Part shown: piece after piece, positions 1 to 7,976 of the stretch
Position numbering within the stretch: position 1 is the stretch's first letter
Layout: each line of letters opens with the position of its first letter
Origin: Candidatus Aenigmatarchaeota archaeon
Lineage (GTDB): Archaea > Aenigmatarchaeota > Aenigmatarchaeia > Aenigmatarchaeales > JACQIB01
Direction: 5' to 3'
Length of the DNA stretch: 12,193 bases
NCBI GenBank assembly: GCA_038999215.1
Contig: JAWABM010000005.1
Location: 4,295-16,487, forward strand
Position numbers and translations under genes: made by a program
The notes under the pieces: generated by a model
Told to the model about the DNA's origin: nothing
Seen by the model: the letters and a program-made list of their open reading frames with translations, nothing else
Database searches by the model: none

Positions 1-95
1 GGGTTTCTATTCCGCCGCTTTCCGCTCCCTGCGGCCAAAGCGCAGCCGCCGCACCGTTTAAATCCTTTCCGTCCCGAATATTATCAGGTGCTCTC

Positions 96-674
96 ATGCC
101 GGACGAATATAGGCAGATAAGGGAAAGGTTCAAGGAGGACTATGACAAGCTCCTCATGCTTGTGCAAAGGGTCGCTAGAGGGAGCTATGTGGAGGACGAC
201 GTCAAGGAAATTGCCTATGTCCTCAACGCGTTTGACAAGTCATTTGGCGTTTTAAAGGCCATGCCGGACGGCCTCCTTTCCGAAGTCGAAAGGGCCGACA
301 GGGAAAGGGTCATAGCCAAAGTCACGAAAAGCTATGAGACCGTGCTCAAGGTTGTAAACAGCTTCGATAGCAAAAGGGAGGGGAAGGGCATAGCCGATTA
401 TCGCAAGGAGATTGCCGAAAGCGGACCGACCGATGAAACCAAGGTGGCCGACATCGAACTGTACCGCAGCGATTTCAAGGAATGGGTGGCGCAGAGGAAA
501 AAGAGGGTGGCCGAACTTGACGTTTACGCAAGCCAGCTCGAAGGCGAGATCGCGGAAATTGACAGAAGGTTGGAGGAAAGCGCGCCGAAGCTGGAAGCGG
601 CCAAGGCAGAAGTCGACAAGATTTGGGCCCGCCTGAAGGGGCTTTCTGAAAATGTAAATGAATCTGGTTCTTAG
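96..674 (+). CDS. Hypothetical alpha-helical/coiled-coil protein (192 aa)
   Basis: Long ORF rich in E/K/R with a heptad-like C-terminal half. AGGTG SD-like motif at 86-90 and TTTAAA TATA-like box at ~57-62. No family recognised. Confidence 0.8.
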   Translation: MPDEYRQIRERFKEDYDKLLMLVQRVARGSYVEDDVKEIAYVLNAFDKSFGVLKAMPDGLLSEVERADRERVIAKVTKSYETVLKVVNSFDSKREGKGIADYRKEIAESGPTDETKVADIELYRSDFKEWVAQRKKRVAELDVYASQLEGEIAEIDRRLEESAPKLEAAKAEVDKIWARLKGLSENVNESGS

Positions 675-684
675 AAACGGCATA

Positions 685-692
685 TTTTTAAG
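685..692 (+). promoter_or_regulatory. Archaeal TATA box for tRNA-Gly
   Basis: TTTTTAAG ends 25 nt upstream of the tRNA 5' end. Confidence 0.7.
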
Positions 693-717
693 ATATGCGC
701 CGCATATTCCTAGCTAG

Positions 718-792
718 GCGCGGTTAGTCTAGTGGCCAGGATACAAGCTTGCCAAGCTTGCGACGCGGGTTCAAATCCCGCACCGCGCACCA
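718..792 (+). tRNA. tRNA-Gly(GCC), CCA encoded
   Basis: Acceptor GCGCGGT/ACCGCGC; anticodon arm CAAGC-TT-GCC-AA-GCTTG (GCC at 751-753); T arm GCGGG-TTCAAAT-CCCGC; ends A-CCA. Confidence 0.97.
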
Positions 793-828
793 TAAATCTT
801 TTTATTTATGCTCTGCGCTTTAGCTCTT

Positions 829-1176
829 ATGAAAACCTACAATGCTGGCAATTTCAGCGAGGCGTTCCAGACAAGGAAGCTTGTGATAGCCTGCTTCTAC
901 ATGGAAACATGCCCCTTCTGCAGGAAGTTCCTGCCCATCTTCGAGAAGCAAAACGGCATGACTGGCATGGAGTTCGTCAAGGTAGACATAACGGACGAGA
1001 ACAGCCCGCTCTGGGATGAATATAAGATACAACACGTGCCGTCGGTGATAGTTTTCAGGAACGGCAGACCGCTCATCCAGATGGATGCCCGGCCGAACGT
1101 GGGCCTGCGCGAGCAGGACATCTACGGCCTGCTGTCAAGGGTCATGGCAAAGGAAGTAATGCAGCCCAGGCAGTGA
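829..1176 (+). CDS. Thioredoxin family protein
   Basis: CPFC active site, FVKVDI strand, and IQHVPSVIVFRNG cis-Pro loop. Start at 829 preferred over 808 because TTTATTTA (801-808) fits a TATA box for a leaderless start. Confidence 0.9.
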   Translation: MKTYNAGNFSEAFQTRKLVIACFYMETCPFCRKFLPIFEKQNGMTGMEFVKVDITDENSPLWDEYKIQHVPSVIVFRNGRPLIQMDARPNVGLREQDIYGLLSRVMAKEVMQPRQ

Positions 1177-1228
1177 TTTTTTTCGCCGATTCCGAATAAT
1201 CGATTTTTAAGCATTATTTTCTTATTAA

Positions 1229-1272
1229 TCCCCGTGAGAAAGGCATGCGAATCCGCATCGCGCTGAAGGGGG
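1229..1272 (+). ncRNA. Candidate small structured RNA (C/D-box-like motifs)
   Basis: TTTTTAAG box at 1204-1211, terminal TCCCC/GGGGG stem, GTGAGAA (box C-like) and CTGA (box D), internal ATGCG-AATC-CGCAT hairpin. Speculative. Confidence 0.3.
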
Positions 1273-1311
1273 CCGAAGCTATTTAAGCTGCGTTCCTGAA
1301 TTCTTACTTGG

Positions 1312-1400
1312 GCGGAGGTCGCCAAGCCAGGTCTAAGGCGTCAGGCTTAGGACCTGATGGGTTAGTCCCTTCGTCGGTTCGAATCCGACCCTCCGCACCA
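1312..1400 (+). tRNA. tRNA-Leu(TAG), CCA encoded
   Basis: Acceptor GCGGAGG/CCTCCGC; anticodon arm TCAGG-CT-TAG-GA-CCTGA (TAG at 1348-1350); long variable arm; T arm GTCGG-TTCGAAT-CCGAC; ends A-CCA; TATTTAAG upstream at ~1280-1287. Confidence 0.97.
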
Positions 1401-1433
1401 AATTATTTATTCCGGCCCCGCCAAATGTTTTAC

Positions 1434-1631
1434 ATGTCCGATTCTTTTCCGAACAGACATAAGCAGCTCAGGATAGTCGGCAGTCCTGAGGACGCCGATA
1501 TCTGCAGAGTAGAAGGCTGCAAAATCATGTACCTCAAGAGGGAGCGTGAAGAGGATTTTTACAGCGGCGCTTATGCCGTGCCGCCGAAGGGCGCCAGACC
1601 GAAAGGAGAAAGAAAGATTGACGATTTCTGA
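1434..1631 (+). CDS. Small hypothetical protein (65 aa)
   Basis: MSDSFPNRHKQLRIVG...KIDDF. TTATTTAT at 1403-1410 is spaced for a leaderless start at 1434 (alternative ATG at 1425). Fills the gap between the two tRNA-Leu genes. Confidence 0.55.
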   Translation: MSDSFPNRHKQLRIVGSPEDADICRVEGCKIMYLKREREEDFYSGAYAVPPKGARPKGERKIDDF

Positions 1632-1682
1632 AGGATATGAAGCATTTATATAAATTGCGGAGAAGAGTAAGTATTTTTGTGA

Positions 1683-1771
1683 GCGGGAGTTGCCAAGCCA
1701 GGTCCAAGGCGCAAGGCTCAGAACCTTGTGGGTTAGTCCCTTCGCAGGTTCAAATCCTGCCTCCCGCACCA
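1683..1771 (+). tRNA. tRNA-Leu(CAG), CCA encoded
   Basis: Acceptor GCGGGAG/CTCCCGC; anticodon arm CAAGG-CT-CAG-AA-CCTTG (CAG at 1719-1721); long variable arm; T arm GCAGG-TTCAAAT-CCTGC; ends A-CCA; TTTATATA upstream. Confidence 0.97.
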
Positions 1772-1808
1772 TAAAAAACTATTTATTTGCATCCGGCGTA
1801 TTACGTGC

Positions 1809-2459
1809 ATGTTCGACCTGTTTGGTCCGCCGGACATTCAGCTCGTCACCGCGCTGACGTCGCTGATAATAGGGGCCATTATATGGAGGAGCGAGCGCGG
1901 CGTCGAGGGCAGGCTTTTCGCGCTGTTCTTCTTCACGGCTTCTGCATGGGCGGTGATGATGGGAATAGCGCTGGTTTCCGCCCCTGAAATTGCCATGCCG
2001 CTTGCGCGCTTCTGCGTGCTTGTGGTATCCGTGGCCGGAGCGTTTTTCTGGGCATCGGCCTATAGCCTCGCGCATAAGGCGTCCGCCAAGCTGATCGGAA
2101 CAATCACAGCGGCATCGGCCCTGTTAGGCGCTGTCGTGGGCTTTGTTGTCGGAGAGCCTGCGTTTCATACCGGCGGCTCAAACCCCTTCGTTTACACCGG
2201 TATGATTTATGTTTGGATGGCTCTGCCTGTGGGACTTGCGGCAATGGCGTTTTATCATATGTTTTCCGTGATAAAGCGCCTGCCCAAGGACAAAATGAAA
2301 ATGAGGTTTAGGCGCTTTACGTTCTGGATAGGCGGGGCGTGCGTTGCCGCGGTTGTTCTGAATGTGGTTTCAACGATACCAGATATGCCGCAGGTGGGCG
2401 TGATTGGGCTGCTTTTGGTGGCTTATGCCACTTACCACACATTCATACGGCCGGCATGA
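1809..2459 (+). CDS. Integral membrane protein, about 7 TM, resembling the N-terminal 7TM domain of histidine kinases (stand-alone)
   Basis: About seven hydrophobic segments. 'GRLFALFFFTASAWAV' and 'KMRFRRFTFWIG' resemble HisKA_7TM-type sensors. No kinase domain. ATTTATTT at 1781-1788. Confidence 0.75.
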   Translation: MFDLFGPPDIQLVTALTSLIIGAIIWRSERGVEGRLFALFFFTASAWAVMMGIALVSAPEIAMPLARFCVLVVSVAGAFFWASAYSLAHKASAKLIGTITAASALLGAVVGFVVGEPAFHTGGSNPFVYTGMIYVWMALPVGLAAMAFYHMFSVIKRLPKDKMKMRFRRFTFWIGGACVAAVVLNVVSTIPDMPQVGVIGLLLVAYATYHTFIRPA

Positions 2460-2534
2460 AGTTCAGAAATATGGACATCGCCCTTTTCGTGCGTCATGCC
2501 AACCTTTTTAAAAGGGCTCCCACAATTAATTGCT

Positions 2535-2978
2535 ATGAAATGCTACAAGCACCCCAAGTCTGCCGCGGTCGGCGTCTGCCATGAATGCGGCGAGGGAATC
2601 TGCGGCAAGTGCGCTGTCAAGATCGGCGGAAAGCTCTACTGCAAGTCCGACGCCGACAAGGTGTTCGGAGAAAAGAAGGCCGAATCCGCCCCTGCTGCCC
2701 AGGCGCCGAAGCAGTCTGCCAAGGCCATGAGGAGCAGCGTGCTCGGCATGTCGTCCACCGCATGGATGCTCGCCATCGCAGGATGGTTCATTTTCCCGGC
2801 CGTATGCTGGGGCCTGGGGCTGATACTGGGATACGTCGCCCTCAGCAAGGCCAGCGATAATCTGAACGTCTTTTCAAAAAGGGACGTGGCTGTCTGCGGC
2901 ATCGGAGCCCTGATGAACCTGGCGTTCCTCATCTGGTGGGGGGTTTTCATGGTCGACCTCATATCGATGTTCGACTAG
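2535..2978 (+). CDS. B-box-like zinc-finger protein with two C-terminal TM helices
   Basis: CYKH..CHEC..CGKC..YCKSD at the N-terminus, an Ala/Pro linker, then two hydrophobic helices. TTTTTAAA at 2505-2512 supports the start at 2535. Confidence 0.85.
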   Translation: MKCYKHPKSAAVGVCHECGEGICGKCAVKIGGKLYCKSDADKVFGEKKAESAPAAQAPKQSAKAMRSSVLGMSSTAWMLAIAGWFIFPAVCWGLGLILGYVALSKASDNLNVFSKRDVAVCGIGALMNLAFLIWWGVFMVDLISMFD

Positions 2979-3027
2979 GGGGCGCTTTCCGAGCCGTTTT
3001 TAAGCTTTCTCTTTCGTTATCATAGGC

Positions 3028-3660
3028 ATGAACATCAAGGACAGGCTGCTTGCGGCCTATGTGAAGAGCACGGACAGCGAGGACGCCCGCGTGCGCGCGC
3101 TCATGGACAGCGAAAGGCCCTATTATGAGTTCGGCAGGGTGTGCGGAGCGAAGCATATGAAGGACCCGTCCAAGATTATCGAGGACGCGGCATCGGCGTC
3201 GATAGCCAAGAAGATGTTCGGGGAGTACTGCAGGCGGCGCGGCGAGAAGTTCATCGACCCGAAGGAGATAATGAGCGTGACGGGAAAGAAGGACGCGATA
3301 GGCGAGCGCATGCTCGAGCTGCAGAACGGGCTCGCTTCCGACTATCTCGCCGCGATAGCGGACTTCAGCCTCGGCTACAGCAGTGCGGTCGGCGAGACGG
3401 CCTATGACAGCGTTGTCCAGGCGTTCGACTTCAGCGTGCAGGTGCTCAATTCCTTCTCGAACGGCTTCCTGAAATTCCCGACCGTCAACAACTACGCCGA
3501 CAGGTTCCTGAAGATGCTGGACAACAGGGACGTCGAGGGCATGATAGACCTTTACGGCATGCATTGGAAGGCCATAGACGAGAAGCTCCCGGATGCGGGA
3601 AAGCTGGTGGGCTTCCTGCGCGCGATAAGGGAGCCTAAGAAATCCGATAGGCAAGCGTAG
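3028..3660 (+). CDS. Hypothetical protein (210 aa)
   Basis: Long ORF with host-like GC-rich third codon positions. TTTTTAAG at 2997-3004 fits leaderless spacing. Confidence 0.8.
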   Translation: MNIKDRLLAAYVKSTDSEDARVRALMDSERPYYEFGRVCGAKHMKDPSKIIEDAASASIAKKMFGEYCRRRGEKFIDPKEIMSVTGKKDAIGERMLELQNGLASDYLAAIADFSLGYSSAVGETAYDSVVQAFDFSVQVLNSFSNGFLKFPTVNNYADRFLKMLDNRDVEGMIDLYGMHWKAIDEKLPDAGKLVGFLRAIREPKKSDRQA

Positions 3661-3692
3661 GCCGATCGCCCCGCTCCGGGCGTTCCGTCCGC

Positions 3693-3941
3693 CTACTTCT
3701 TGCGCATGAAGTACTTCTTGAAGTTGGCCGCCGCCTTCTTGTCGTATTTGCCAAGCTGCTTTATGACCATCAGCCCTATGGCTTTGGTCTTTACGCCGCT
3801 CTTGCATTTCCCGGCAACAGCGTTCGCCACCTTGATGGCGACAGCGGGCTTGGCTCCGGCCTTCCTGCAGCCCTTGGCTATCTTGGCTTTGCTGAACCTT
3901 TGCTTCGAGCCGTCCTTCTTGATGACGTACTTATAAGCCAT
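3693..3941 (-). CDS. Stand-alone ATP-cone domain protein, highly basic
   Basis: VIKKDGSKQRFSKAKI matches the ATP-cone VxKRDG..F...KI signature; C-terminal AANFKKY. TTTTAAG on the minus strand ~22-28 nt upstream. Confidence 0.85.
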   Translation of the reverse strand: MAYKYVIKKDGSKQRFSKAKIAKGCRKAGAKPAVAIKVANAVAGKCKSGVKTKAIGLMVIKQLGKYDKKAAANFKKYFMRKK

Positions 3942-4052
3942 ACAGAAAATTGTCGTAGCCTGCTTAAAAGAATTTGGATGCCCTACGCTGATCAGCGAAA
4001 TAAAAAGAAAATTAGCTAAGTTGCTCTATTTGCGGCGCCGCACCAAAGGACT

Positions 4053-4349
4053 TCAGAGCTTGTAGGCCTTTACCAGGGTCCTCATCTTGCCAGCGATCGC
4101 CAAGCCTTCGTTGACTGCGGCAGTGAGCTTGGCTATCGAGGCCATCTTCTCCTTGTCGAACTTCGCGTTCACGTCCTTGAAAGCCACCCTCTGTATTGAG
4201 CCTGCCTTGTAGTCGGTAAGGTTTCTCTTCTGCTCTATGAGCTCGAGCTCTATGCTATCCTGGAGCTCCCTTATCCTGCTTCCTATGTTTATCATTTCCC
4301 TGGTCAACGCCTCGACTTCGGGTATTTCTATCTTTTTGATGAATGCCAT
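4053..4349 (-). CDS. Hypothetical helical protein, paralog of the upstream gene
   Basis: Shares MAxIK, (Y/F)xAGxI...FK, AVNEGL and LVKA with 4355-4762. GAGGTAAGGT SD-like motif upstream. Confidence 0.85.
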   Translation of the reverse strand: MAFIKKIEIPEVEALTREMINIGSRIRELQDSIELELIEQKRNLTDYKAGSIQRVAFKDVNAKFDKEKMASIAKLTAAVNEGLAIAGKMRTLVKAYKL

Positions 4350-4354
4350 TTACC

Positions 4355-4762
4355 TTACCTCTTCCTGTGGTGTTTCGCCTTCTTTTTCTTCTTCGCCGCC
4401 TTCTTGTGCTTCTTTTTGCGCGCCTTCTTTTTCGGCTTGTTCGCCGGCATGCCGGGCAGGCTTATTTCTTGAGCCTTCACGAGCATCTTGAGCGCGTGTA
4501 TCTGCTCAAGCCCCTCGTTTACCGCATCGTTTATCGCCTTCCTTGCATTGGCCTCGTCCGCGCTGTACTTCGCGTCGTCCACCTTGAAGGTGTCCTTCGC
4601 TATCCTTCCTGCCCTGAACTCCTTTTTGTTCGCTTCAGAATTGTTCAGGATGTCCTCCAGTTCCTTCTCCCTTTCCTGGACCTTGTTCACCGCCTCTACG
4701 AGCCTTTGGCACAAGATTTCAAGCGTCGATTGGTCTAATTTCTTGACCTTTATGAGTGCCAT
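4355..4762 (-). CDS. Hypothetical helical protein with Lys/His-rich basic C-terminal tail (135 aa)
   Basis: Start moved to MALIKVKK (4762) based on alignment with the paralog and CTTATAAG at 4792-4785. Tail is KPKKKARKKKHKKAAKKKKKAKHHRKR. Confidence 0.85.
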   Translation of the reverse strand: MALIKVKKLDQSTLEILCQRLVEAVNKVQEREKELEDILNNSEANKKEFRAGRIAKDTFKVDDAKYSADEANARKAINDAVNEGLEQIHALKMLVKAQEISLPGMPANKPKKKARKKKHKKAAKKKKKAKHHRKR

Positions 4763-4784
4763 AAATTTACTATGCCGTAGCCCG

Positions 4785-4852
4785 CTTATAAGCTTTTGGA
4801 GGATTACCGGAATGCCGCCGGGATAAGGCAGCGAAAGCGTGAGGTTTTTAAG
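4785..4852. promoter_or_regulatory. Divergent TATA promoters
   Basis: Minus strand AAAAG-CTTATAAG (4792-4785) for the paralog pair; plus strand TTTTTAAG (4845-4852) for the helicase. Confidence 0.6.
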
Positions 4853-4881
4853 CTCCACTCCTTTACTATAAGCAGATTGGT

Positions 4882-6211
<1,330 letters not shown>

Positions 6212-6231
<20 letters not shown>

Positions 6232-6964
6232 GAACGCCTAGAGCGAAGCAGTACGGCGAGAACCAATGGAACTTCCCGGTCTTGACTATCTTAAGGAGCG
6301 TGCCTATTGCGAGGTAGCCTGTGGCGAAAGCGAAGGCGGCGCCTGCCATAGCATCGGGAGTGAGCGCAAGCGGCTCCCATTCCATTATTGTGGCCCCGAT
6401 TATGGCCGGTATGGAAAGCAGGAACGAGAATCTGGCGGCCTGTTTCTTTTCCATGCCTGACATCATGCCTGCGGCTATGGTCGAGCCGCTCCTGGAGATG
6501 CCCGGTATTACCGCTATCCCCTGAGCAATCCCTATTAATATAGGCGGTTTCAGGTCTGTTTTTTGCCCGTTTCGACCTATGAAGCGGGTCCCCAGCAGCA
6601 GCATGCCGGTGGCCAGGAAGGCGTATCCGACACTATGCGCATTGCTGAACATTGCTTCTGCCGTGCCTTTGAGCAAGAAACCGGCAGCGCCAGAAACCAG
6701 CAGGGCCAGCAATATGTGGGGCACCATCCTCCCCTCTCCCTTGAAATCCGCCCTGGCCGTCAGCCTTGCGAGCGCTGCAATGTCTTTCCTGAAGTAAAGC
6801 GCGACAGCGGCAAGCGTGCCCATGTGAAGCAGGAGGTCGAAAAATACCGGCGGGCTTACGCCGAACGCTGACTGAAGCAGAACGAGATGCCCTGAGCTCG
6901 ACACCGGCAGCCACTCGGTCGCTCCCTGCAGCGCTCCTAGCGCCGCGGCCTGAAGCATGTCCAT
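6212..6964 (-). CDS. uppP: Undecaprenyl/polyprenyl-diphosphate phosphatase (BacA family)
   Basis: QGATEWLPVSSSGH, PGISRSGSTI and ARFSFLLSIPA motifs. Start at MDMLQ (6964) with TTTTTATT about 25 nt upstream. Confidence 0.95.
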
Positions 6965-7000
6965 ATCATAGCTTATGCTGGCTGGAATAAAAAACAACTA

Positions 7001-7013
7001 GAAAAAGAAAAAA
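7001..7013 (-). terminator. Oligo-T terminator after the zinc-ribbon gene
   Basis: Reads TTTTTTCTTTTTC on the minus strand, about 30 nt after the stop at 7042. Confidence 0.5.
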
Positions 7014-7041
7014 CAGGGTTGCTTGAACACAGTTGAAGTTT

Positions 7042-7209
7042 TTAGAACTTCTTATGCTTCTGGAAGCAATCCCTGCAGTACACAGGCTTTCCCTCGGTTG
7101 GCTTGAAAGGAACCTCGCATTCCTTCCCGCACTCCGAGCAGACGGCCTTGTGCATCTCTCTCGGTCCGCCGAAGCTCCTTCTTGGCGGCCCTCTGCCGAA
7201 ATCTCTCAT
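7042..7209 (-). CDS. CxxC-x17-CxxC zinc-ribbon domain protein (55 aa; not in the ORF track)
   Basis: Translated by hand: MRDFGRGPPRRSFGGPREMHKAVCSECGKECEVPFKPTEGKPVYCRDCFQKHKKF. Matches the typical REMH.A.CSECGKECEVPFKP...PVYC.DCF pattern. Strong SD GAGGAGTGA at 7222-7214. Confidence 0.95.
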   Translation of the reverse strand: MRDFGRGPPRRSFGGPREMHKAVCSECGKECEVPFKPTEGKPVYCRDCFQKHKKF

Positions 7210-7296
7210 TTATTCACTCCTCTTTTTTAGATACCACTCAGAAGCCCTTTACGAAACCCCCTGTGCTATCTCTTGATGGAGATTAGCTTCCCGAAG

Positions 7297-7326
7297 CTTA
7301 TAAACGTTCCGCCGAAGGTTTTTAAA
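7297..7326. promoter_or_regulatory. Back-to-back TATA boxes
   Basis: Minus strand TTTATAAG (7304-7297) for the zinc-ribbon gene; plus strand TTTTTAAA (7319-7326) for tRNA-His. Confidence 0.65.
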
Positions 7327-7355
7327 CTATCGCGCCGATTTCTTATTGGCGGCAT

Positions 7356-7469
7356 GGCTGGGATGGTGTAGCCTGGCAACATGCGGGCCTGTGGGGCACT
7401 TTTTGTGCAATCCACGAAAAGGCGCGCAGAAAGCCTAAGTCCCGGGTTCAAATCCCGGTCCCGGCCCCA
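7356..7469 (+). tRNA. tRNA-His(GTG) with encoded G-1, encoded CCA and a 37/38 intron
   Basis: G7356 is G-1 opposite C73 (7466). Acceptor GCTGGGA/TCCCGGC, anticodon GTG at 7391-7393, T arm CCGGG-TTCAAAT-CCCGG, CCA at 7467-7469. Confidence 0.93.
7395..7431 (+). other. 37-nt tRNA intron at position 37/38 with bulge-helix-bulge motif
   Basis: CUGU (32-35) pairs with intron GCAG (7426-7429). The 3-nt bulges are GG^G and AA^A. The outer intron helix includes TTTT/AAAA. Confidence 0.88.
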
Positions 7470-7506
7470 TTTAATCCTTTTCGGCGAGGAAGCCCGCCAA
7501 GAAAGC

Positions 7507-7971
7507 TTATTTTTCCAGAGCCTTCACCAGGTCGGCCCTGGCGATTATGCCGACAAGCCTTCCGTTCTTCAGGACCGGAAGGCGGTTGACCTTGTGCTTG
7601 AGCATGAGCCTGGCCGCCTTTTCGACCGTCTCGTCCGGCCCTATGGTTATCGGGTTCCTCGTCATGAATGCTTTGACCTTCAGTTTCCTGCTTCCGAGCA
7701 TCTCCTTTTTGGCCGCTTCGAAGCAGCTGCCGCACTTAAGCGCCGCGAGTATCACCCCGAAGCCCGTCGCCCTGTCGTAATGTATTTTCGGCGAGAAGGC
7801 GTCTATTGTGCCGATTATGTCGCTTTCCGTGACGATGCCTACGAGCTTCTTCCCCCTCATCACAGGCACGCCCGAGATGTTGTATTTCACGAACTTCTTA
7901 AGGACGTGGAAGAGCGTTTCGTTCTCTTCCGTTGTTACGACCCTTTTTGACATGATCCTGCCGACGAGCAT
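7507..7971 (-). CDS. CBS-pair (Bateman) domain protein (154 aa)
   Basis: IMSKRVVT...NISGVPV...KLVGIVTESDI and FMTRNPITI...VNRLPV...LVGIIARADL. True start is MLVGRIMS (7971), 5 nt after the permease stop. Confidence 0.93.
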   Translation of the reverse strand: MLVGRIMSKRVVTTEENETLFHVLKKFVKYNISGVPVMRGKKLVGIVTESDIIGTIDAFSPKIHYDRATGFGVILAALKCGSCFEAAKKEMLGSRKLKVKAFMTRNPITIGPDETVEKAARLMLKHKVNRLPVLKNGRLVGIIARADLVKALEK

Positions 7972-7976
7972 AAGAA

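Noticed and set aside
732..1772. ORFs 732..1019, 1308..1433 (extension) and 1407..1772
   Set aside because: They run through tRNA genes, which are typical false ORFs.
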